A stretch of DNA of 64,000 bases from Diplonema japonicum. Lineage: Eukaryota > Protista > Euglenozoa: Diplonemea. Below are positions 35,275 to 44,600 of this stretch, in pieces. The notes beneath the pieces are model-generated. The model searched no databases and had not been told where the DNA came from. It worked only from the letters and a program-made list of their open reading frames with translations. The translations under genes and the position numbers were made by a program. Numbering within the stretch: the first letter of the stretch is position 1; each line of letters starts with the position of its first letter. The stretch covers positions 434,001 to 498,000 of the forward strand of contig OZ025695.1 in the NCBI GenBank assembly GCA_964019335.1, in the 5' to 3' direction.

Positions 35275-36551
35275 TCAGTCCACAATACAGTAATCAACCG
35301 CCTTATCATCACCATTAAGAGCCTTGCTATGGGATGTGAACGTAATTGGCTGTTTTTTATTTTTATTTTTTTTTATTTTTCTTTACACACCTGTTCGCTA
35401 GGAACGAACCCCACAAGATTCGATTTCAAGTCCTTCCCGATCGCCATCGCCGTCTGCTTCTCTGTAGTTCTAGTCCACAGTGAAATTCTATCGCTTTTGT
35501 TCCTCGTCTCCACTGCCACACCACACACCTGCTCTGCTGCCGGCATTTGCTCACCAATGCACTGTGATTTTTTTTTTTTTTTAAATTTCTCCCACCCCTT
35601 CCACCAACATACCAGCAATGTCACCATAACCCACACCGTGTCAATGTCGCCCTTCTTACTGGACGGGACCCAGACCCTCCACTCCCCACCCTTCGCACAC
35701 TCCTTGTCCTCCCACATAGGTTTTATCCCCTCACGGAACATATAGTACGTAGCACCCTTCTGCATAGTGGAAGGGGCTTTGATTTGGTTGAAGACACCCC
35801 AAAACGTTTCAACATCCCGAACCGTGAAGATGGTCTTCAGCGCGCCCGACCAGTCTGCGGTGGGGGCTGTGACGCCCTTGTACCACAGCGTCCACGAGGT
35901 CCCGAGGGGATGCCTTGTGGAGAGCTGCTCGTCGGAGAGGTTGTTTTTAGGGAGTTTGGGCAGCTTCGGCTGTACAGGAGTTTGAATAGACACAGCATGG
36001 CTTTTAGACTGCTGGTGGTGATGATGGGAGTCCAGGGACTCATGTGACATAGCCCTCCGTTCAAATCCAGTCTGACGGTATGACGGCGGAAGGGAAGGGC
36101 TCCCCATTGAGTCCATGCTGTCCTCATAGCTCCGCGTGCGGCGCCATAAGGAAGGCTGCTCTGGTACGGGTTCATCTACAGGGCGGAACTCCTTCGCGGT
36201 GGGGTCGAGGTGGGTGGGGGAAGCGGTGGCTGCTGCTGCAGTTTTCGGAGTGAACGGAGCAGCGGATGCGACCAGTTTGCTCGGCCTCCCCGGCCCGCTT
36301 GTGGGTGCTGCGGGGAACGCCGCCGCTGGATTTTTTGTTTCTTGAACAGTAGGCGCGCTAGGCGGAGTGAAAGGCTTCGCAGCCCCAGAAAACGAGAATT
36401 TCTTGCTCGCCCCGCTCAACAGATCTTTCGGGCTATCCACTGCCGCGCTCTTGGGCGATGGCTTCACGCTGTTCGGTGTGAAGCACGGTGCTGTCGCTGA
36501 CAGCTTCGTTGCTGGCGACCAACTCGGCGCCGCCGCAGAGAGTTTCGTCAT
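35275..36551 (-). CDS. EIF4E: Cap-binding protein eIF4E with long PAM2-bearing N-terminal extension (eIF4E3/4-like, ~394 aa); introns 35562-35612 and 35350-35390
   Basis: HPLGTSWTLWY, VETFW, FREGIKPMWED....GGEW, CIGEQ..VCGV, DRISLW; five LSxxAxxFxP-type motifs upstream. Confidence 0.92.
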
Positions 36552-37100
36552 ATTGTCACCCCCACCCTCCACCACCCTTTGGTGATGGGCTGTGGATTTC
36601 CTTTGACAGAGGGTTTTTATTATTATTATTATTATTATTTTTTTTTTGCTTTAGAATGTAAAAAAAAATAAAATAATGGGTGAAAAAAAGGGGGGGTTTT
36701 TTTTCTTGTTGCTGTGCTGCAAACGTTTTATTCACCATAAAAAAAAGGGGGGCGGGGGGGTGTGGAAGAAAGGAAGAGAAGAAAAAAAAAACTTTTAGAA
36801 CATATTAATAATCCCTGTCGAAGGAGAGGAATGGGGAATAAAAAAAAAGGAAATTTTTAAAAAGGCAAATCCCACTCAAGGACCACCTCTAAAAAAAAAA
36901 AAAAGATGAAGACAAGCCTTCAAAAATTGGAGTCACCTACAAAAAAATGTGTGTGAAACACGACATGAGAAGGAAGGGGGGGGGGGGGGGGAGAAATAAA
37001 GAAAGGAGGTGAATACAAAGGAGGTAACCAACATTTTTTCTTAAAAATTATGTTTTGTGTACACAAGAATGGATGTTTAGCCCCAGCTGCCGTTTCAATA

Positions 37101-37155
<55 letters not shown>

Positions 37156-37220
37156 ATGTGACAAAAGAGGGGAGGAAAAAAAAAGCTAGGATGAAGAGCC
37201 TTTTTTTTTTTTATTTATTT

Positions 37221-37900
37221 TTTTATTTCACTCTTCAGAAATTACTTCACACACTGGGGGCCCATTACTTCACGCTAAATCTCATTACTTCACGGTGAAA
37301 TAATGGCCTGTTTTCCGTGAAGTAATAGGGGGTTTCCGTTAAATAATATGCCTCGGTGGGCCAATTTCTGCCTCGGTTCGGTTCCCAGTGGGGCTACTTT
37401 TTCCTCTCAGTTTGCTAATTTCCCCCAGGTTCTACTCAATTGGCCAACTTTTGCCTCGGCTCAGTTCCAAGTTGGACTACTTTTTCCTCCCAATTTGCCC
37501 ACTTTTGGCTAGGCCTTGTTCCCAGTTTCTGGGGGTAACTCTTCTGTGGGTAAGGGTAACTTAGTCAGCTTACCCAAGCTCCCCAAATGACTTCAAAATA
37601 CCGAAGCAGCAGAAAAAAAGGAGCCAGTGGCCATGCTAGGTATGGGAAGGCCTGATTAGAGATGGTGACAGTGGCAATGCCAGCGACAGCGGCAGCTCTT
37701 AGTCAACAAAAGGAGGGAAAACAACTTGTATTGTAACCTTTGTAACCCCTCTCTTGTTGTACCCCTTGTCACCCTGTTGTGCCCCTCGTGGTGAAGTAAT
37801 TTCAGAGTGTCGTGAAATAAAACCACTTACCTACCGCCAAGTAATGCTTTACCGACCTCGAGGTAACGGTAAAGTCATTACTTGTTGGCAGTAAATAGCT
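37221..37900 (+). mobile_element. Non-autonomous element B (same family as 13596-14166)
   Basis: Inverted repeats 37221-37250 and 37791-37822; hairpin 37826-37894; ends TTGTTGGCAGTAAATAGCT like element A; internal ~83-bp degenerate duplication (37359 and 37442). Confidence 0.75.
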
Positions 37901-38809
37901 ATTTTTTTTTTTTTAAAGTTCCCCTCTCATTTCACCCGTTAAATTATAAAGAAAAATGGCAAAAGAAGAAGAAAAAAAAAAGATGAGAAATATTTTGCGG
38001 GGATATGAGGGGGGGAGTTCAACGCCCGCAGGGAAAAAAAAAGTTTTTTACCCCCCCCGCGCTACCGAAAAAAAAATAGAATAATATGAACCAAGTCAAA
38101 AAAGAAGCCACCCCCGTAAAGGGAGGTTTTTATAATAATAAAAAAGGAAAAGAAGAAAAAAAAAAAGAGGAATAAAGAAGAAATGGCTGAAGGGTGGCCG
38201 CCATTCTTTTTTTTTTTTTGTTAAATACAGAATCAGAAAGATAAAAAAAAAAATGAAAGAAGGTAAGGGAAATATACGAACAATATTTTTTTTTTTTTTG
38301 TTTTTTTTTTTTAAGGGACTGCTTCCCCCATCGGTATTCCTGAACCAGAACGCAGCAGCTAGAGGGAGACGATAACGGAAGGAAAAGCTTCTTAGCTTTC
38401 AACTAGACCTTCTTCCCCTTTCTGTGCCATCCGGTACTGAGGAAATTTGGTAACCCGAAGGAGAAGCCGCGGAATATGAGAGATCATAAAAATGAAAGAA
38501 AGAAAGGGAGTAAAGAGTAAAGGGGTGGGGAATGGGAGGGAAATGGGGAGAAGGTGGAGAAGATCAGGAACACAACCCTCCTCTTTTTTTTTTTTTTTTT
38601 CATTTTTTTTTTCTTCCCGCTTTCCCTAACCCCAAAAAGCTTTCTTGAGGACATGTTTTTTTTTTTTTATTTTCTTATTTTTTTTTTTTTCGTAACTAGC
38701 ACAATGTAAGCTAGCCACAAGAAAAAAAAAAATAACGTTTTTTTTTTGTTTTTGTTTTTTTTTAGAAAACAAAAATCAAAAGAGTGTAGATAAAATAAAA
38801 GGGACTAAT

Positions 38810-38858
<49 letters not shown>

Positions 38859-39335
38859 CATCAAATAGAAAATCCATTACGTTTGAACTGGGAGCTGGGA
38901 GAGATGGAGAGGGTTACAGAGTTCTAATTGCTCAGGGAGGCAAAAAAAAAAAAAGAAAAAAGAAAAAAGAACCCTCAAAATAGGACTGTATTACTGCAAA
39001 AAAAAAAAGGCAGAAGTGAAAGTTAAAAAAAAAAAAAAAGAACAGAAAAAAAAAGGAGGGAGGTAAAAAAAAAAAAAAAAAAAGAAATATATGACAACAA
39101 TCACGCGCTTGCACGGTTTTCTTCTTCTTTTTTTTCTTTCTTTCTTCGCTTTTTTTTTTTTTTTTTTGTCCCCCTCCTTTTTCTTTCCCAGATACATGAA
39201 GCAACATGTCTCGTAGGAAGAAAAAGAAGAAAAACAAAAAGAAAAAGAAGCAAAAATCATCAGTTGCATGCACTCTATTTATTTATTTTTTTTTTTCCAA
39301 CAAAGAACGATGTGAAGTAAAGAAAGGCGGTATAA

Positions 39336-39370
<35 letters not shown>

Positions 39371-39375
<5 letters not shown>

Positions 39376-39480
39376 CAATTTTCTGCAATTACTTCAGCCT
39401 GTGCATGCCTTTCATGACGAAGTAATTTCAGGTGTCGTGAAATAAGGAGCCGTCCTAAAACTTCGAGGACGGTAAATAGT
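39371..39480 (+). mobile_element. Minimal element C of the same family
   Basis: AATTACTTC...GAAGTAATTTCAGGTGTCGTGAAATAA nearly identical to right end of B, then hairpin CCGTCCT/AGGACGG and terminal GTAAATAGT. Confidence 0.6.
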
Positions 39481-39961
39481 TTTTTTTTTTTTTCTTCCTT
39501 TTTTTTTTGGAGCACCACCTTCTTATTTTCCTTTGTTTTATTTTCTTCACAATTTCTTTTTTTTCCTTGTTTTTCATAGAAGGAGGGGAGCAATAGAAAC
39601 AACCCCACCGGCAGTAAAAAAAAAAAAAAAGAATTTAAAAATATAAAATAAAAAAAAAAAACACGACACGAGAAAGAAAATAAAAAAAAACACAACCGTA
39701 TTTTTTCCCCCCCCCTCTTTTTTCTTTTTTTTCCCCCTTCTTTTGACTATAAATAAAGTTTTTAGAGAAAAACCATTTTTTTTAAATTTTATTTTATTAT
39801 CTAACTTCAAAAAAAGGGGGGGGGTCTAAAAAGATCATTTATAATAAAAGGAGGAAAAAGAAAAAAAAGAAGGGGAAAAAAAAAAGAAAGAAAGAACACG
39901 GTTATATTTAAACGTTTTCACATTTCCTTGGGTATAGAATGGGTTATGTATATTCTTGGGG

Positions 39962-41559
39962 CTACTCCTCCTGCGCCCTCTGCGTAACTAGAGGTACCCT
40001 GGGCCACAGCAAACGGTAAGCAATAACACAGGACAATGCAGAACGTGAGCGGGAAGGCTCCCACTTCGACAGGGACATGAAACAGTATTGCAAAGTCTGA
40101 ACAATCTGGAGATGCTTCTGCTTAGAGCAGTAAGGGGCCAGATTACGAGTGGTATCTGCCGGGTCAATGACAGACACAAGAGCACCCTGGTGCATCTTGG
40201 CAGGCCAGTCGGCCCCATCGACAGCCACGCTAGCCTGCTTGAAATTGAAATGCCAACCAAAGACCTGCAGGAACTTGAAGAGGATGGCCTTCACAGAGGC
40301 ACCTGCCTCTACTTTTCTAACAACTGCGATGCACATGGTGAGGATGGCCTGTGCTGACAGACCCCCGTACCCCTCTGTGATGTTGCACTGCCCCAAGATG
40401 CTTCTGATCACACGGGCTATCTTAACCGCTTCTGGCATATCCTTCGCTACTTCGTTCAGGTGTTTAGTGGTCCGCATCCTTGCTGAGGTGTACAGGATGA
40501 CCTCCACACCGCACACCGAAGGAAGCCCCGTCACACCACCCCCAGGCATGTCGTGGATTCTAATGATCGGCACCACGCTCTCCGGTGCCAGCACCGCTGA
40601 GAACCCCTTTGCCTGCAGGCCCTCCAGAACTCTCTTGCTCACCATGTCCACGAACTCCGGTTCTGCTGCCTTGTCGGCGTACGCCATAAAGGTAAGGTCG
40701 CCTATGGGCAGTGCCACTTTCAGGTCCAACGCATCGTCCCGCACAGCCACCTTGCCGTCACAGTGGGCGTCAAAGGTCTCTTGCAGGATGTTCATGATGC
40801 GCTTCCTCTCCGCAACCTCTTCCTGAGTAGGTTCCACGAACTCTGTGAAAGCATCGAGGTCCTGCTCCAAGCTCAGCGTGGCCCCAGCGTCCTGCTTGTA
40901 GCACACGCTCCACGGGTGGGACGTCGAAGACGGCGCTGCGGAGGCTGGTGTCTCCTGCACCTTGCTCACGTGCACGTTGGTCGTGCTGCCGTTGTTCACG
41001 TTCACCTTAACGGGGACCGCTGTGACTGGCTGGGGCACCGTCTGCATGGGGAGGCTGTAGAGCTGCTGCTGCGGTTGCTGCTGCTGAGGGATCATCATTA
41101 TCTGCTGCTGCTGCAGCCTCTGCATCTGCACCTGCGCCATGTGTTGCTGCTGTGCTAGCTGCTGCTGCATGAGGAAGTTTCGCTGGATCTGCTGAGCCAA
41201 GAACTGCTGCTGCTGTTGCTGCTGTAATTGCTGCAGCTGTTCATTCTGCGTGGGGATCCTAAGAGGCGGCTGTGGGTTGGCCGGTGCAGCCTTAAACGTT
41301 TTCTTTGGCACTGCCATGGGCGGCGACACAGGAGGTGTGCCTGCAGAGTCAGTGCTGCCTTCGTCGCTGCTCTCGCTCCCTCGTGCACCTTGGATGTCGA
41401 GATCCTGTTGTGTGGTGAGCTGCCCTTACTAAATCATACCTTCAATAAGACGCTGATGCTGTCCTTTGTCATTAACATGTCATTCTCGGGGATGTACTCC
41501 TTGGGTTGCGACAGCAGGATGGTAGGGCCACCTGTGTTGTTCCAAGGGTCGACAGTCAT
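39962..41559 (-). CDS. TRF4/PAPD5-like nucleotidyltransferase-fold protein with polyQ region, catalytic motif degenerate (~520 aa); intron 41405-41439
   Basis: LEQDLDAFTEFVEPTQEE..ER, VVPIIRI, GYGGLS, LFKFLQVFGWHFNF, VIDPADTTRNLA; 35-nt GT-AG intron joins exon MTVDPW...LLK to DLDIQG. Confidence 0.75.
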
Positions 41560-41661
41560 AGTGGTGTGGTTTGGCTGTGTACGTGTGGGGTGAACAGCAT
41601 GGCAAAACGAAACTGCTAAAACTGCTAATGGCTGGAAAGCCACTCAGTAGCACGTAGGGCA

Positions 41662-44600
41662 TCAAAATGGCAGCAAAGGGTTCTGCACCTTAGGTTTAGG
41701 GGGGTTAGCTTTGAGGGACTTGTGTCCCAATAGAATATCATTCGGTTGAGCAGGGCTCCAAGAGTCGAGTGCGAGCGAACAGCCCTGCGAGTGAGTCACA
41801 GAGGGTGCAGAGGGAGAGGTGAGATCACCAAACATTCCTGACGCAACATCCCAGCCCGCCACAGGTTCGTGGGTCGTTACCCCTGCGCCCGTGTGAACAG
41901 ACGCAAAGTCCTCACACATAGTCTCCGTTTGTTGCAGCCCCTCACCCACCACAGAAACCACTGTGGTGGGGACACCTGTTCGTTCTTCTTCGACAGTTTC
42001 ACTGCTGTCGTCTACATGCAAACAGTCCTCGTCGTGTTCAGAAGGCACGTGCCGCACTGTAGATGGGGTGCCTATCATCATGTCTGGCTCTGGGTTGTCA
42101 CCTACGTCCATCTTATTAACGGGTGTTGCAGGCGCCTGCTCCGTCACTGCAGCCACACTTCTCTTGGCGTCCTTCACTCGGAACCACCAGCACAGCACTG
42201 CGATGCTTGTCGTGCACACTGTGCCAACCAGCGACAAGACAACGATAAGCACTGGTGAGCTGTCTGAGCTTACATAAGGGGAGTCCGTGGAAGGGATCAA
42301 CGTTGTTCCTGACAGCAATGCAGGAATCGATGCCCACAGCGGTGAGGACGAGTTTGCGAGATGATCTATGAGGACGGAGGTCAAAGTCTCTGGGATGTGA
42401 AAGGTGACTATGATTGAGGCTGCATGGACAGACACGACCTGGACGGTACTGGGGTCGGCTGCAAGTACGGCACTCACTGTGAGGATGAAGTCTGTCTCGT
42501 TGAACGACGCCACATCGCCTGCCAGGGTAAACTCGAATCCTTGCGTTGCCTCCACTAGAGACACCGTCGCTGTCGCAGACGAGAGCATGATGTCACCTAT
42601 GGTGGCCGTCGCAGTGCGCTCGAGCATCAGTGTCTCGGTCACGACAGCCCACTGCATGATAATGCCGCCTATTAGCACCGCTCCTGTCACTTCTTTCGCT
42701 TCGTACACCCACACTACTAACTTTTTCCCATCTACATCTGCGGCGACAGGCACGCACGTCACGTTGCACACGATCTCGTTCTTATAGTACACAGGATGGA
42801 AGTTGTCCCCAACAAGGGTCAGCAGCGTGTCGTTCTTGGCGTCACCAAGCACGGCATTCACCACCATCGGTGCTTGTGGGTTGCTGTACAGCAGCATGTG
42901 CTGATATACTGTACCCATTTGTGCGACCCACAACCCGTGGGCTGCTGCGACAAGCACGATAGTGGAACATGTAAGACTAGTGGGCTGCGCGAAGAGGGTA
43001 CCGCACGTTGGGACTGCAGCAGGTGTGCCTGACCCCCCCCATAGCCACACAACTTCTCCCGGCAGGTTGAACCCCTGGACAGAGAACCCTGTCTGCAGCT
43101 CGCAGTATATCACATTCCCTGACCTCACATCCTGTTCGCACCCCGTGATCTTGTTCACGATTATTGGCATTGCAGTGATCTGCACAGGATCTACAAGGCT
43201 GGCTGCACCTGCAGAGGTCATGAGCTCGACTCCCCACAAGCCGTGAGTGGCGTCTGTACCTTGAACCAGACACCTCAGGAGCACAATGCTGGAGCTCCGC
43301 AAGTCACAAGTTGGGGTAGGCCCTAAAGACCCCACCGTTCTTGTGATCGTCACGCTGTTCGATAAGAGTTGCGCATTGAAGTGCTTCCCTTCAATTACCA
43401 CCACCACCTCCCCTGTGTCGTGGATTACTTCAGACCAACCTTTCACGAGCAGTGGAGCTTCTCCGGGTTCCATGAATGGTCTGATGGTGTGATTCGTGTC
43501 ATTCGTTACACTTCCCGTGGTGACTCTCATCACGGAGACACTCCAAAAGCCACCAGTAGTGTAGTGTGTCCCGATCTCGCAGGTTAGCTGTGTGTATGAG
43601 ACAGCCAGCACAGTGCAGTTTGGGGGGTATAGAGAAGAAAGGGACGATCCAGTTGACAGAAGGTGTACTCTGTTAGAGGTCGCGTCCTTCGTGTCGAAGC
43701 CGCTGCCATGCACTGTCAGGATAGTACCAGACGAGCAAAATTCGCACTGCGAAACACTGGATAGAAGTACAGGCATTGTGGCAGGCGTATAGCACTTCAC
43801 CTTCGCACCTTCATAGACAGCAGAGACAAAGTCACCACCCTCAGTGTTGGCCACGACGACCCCCCACATGCCACTGCAAGTCTCATCGCACTCCAATACG
43901 CACTCGTACATACCGCCTGTGCAACGAGGGGCACTCCCTTCACCTCCCACCAGCCTGTATCTGGTGTACGTGGCCTCCTGCGGTGGGTTCTCAAGGACGA
44001 AGAGTAAGCCCCCCGTCCCTTCAGCCGTGTGGCACTCGTACAGTTCGGTCGCGTTGCTACATTCCCCAAACGGCTCCATGGAAAGTATGACAGGAGCTGT
44101 CATCCTGTCTAGCTTCAGCCCGGCAACCTCAACACCGTTAATGCTCAAGGACCACAACCCCACCGTTTCCAAAGGGACGTACAACGTGCAGGTCAGGCTC
44201 TGGTAGTACTCCTGCGGGTATGGCTGCGTACTGACCGGGAACAGAGTGGTCAACGTGCACGTCGGCTGTGCCCCGCTGTTTGCGGTACCCACTGCGGCAA
44301 GGAGGGTGGTGGACTTCTCGATACGCCAGTCGAGGCCCTTCCCGAGCATCGTGAGTTGTGTTCCATGCTGGCAATAATCCTTGTAAGTTGCACTAGAGAG
44401 TGTCACCTCACCTTTGCAGCCCGAGTGGAAGACGACGCCTTGCTGCGCCAAAGTACCATGAAGCAAGCGCAGCAGCACAGCAGCCTCGCCCCACCCTACT
44501 CCGTTGTACACATTCACTGTGAATACCCCGTAACTTTCAGGTGGTGAGGTGAACACGCATTTAAGCATGGAAACAGTAGAGGCAGCTGCATCAAGGATGC

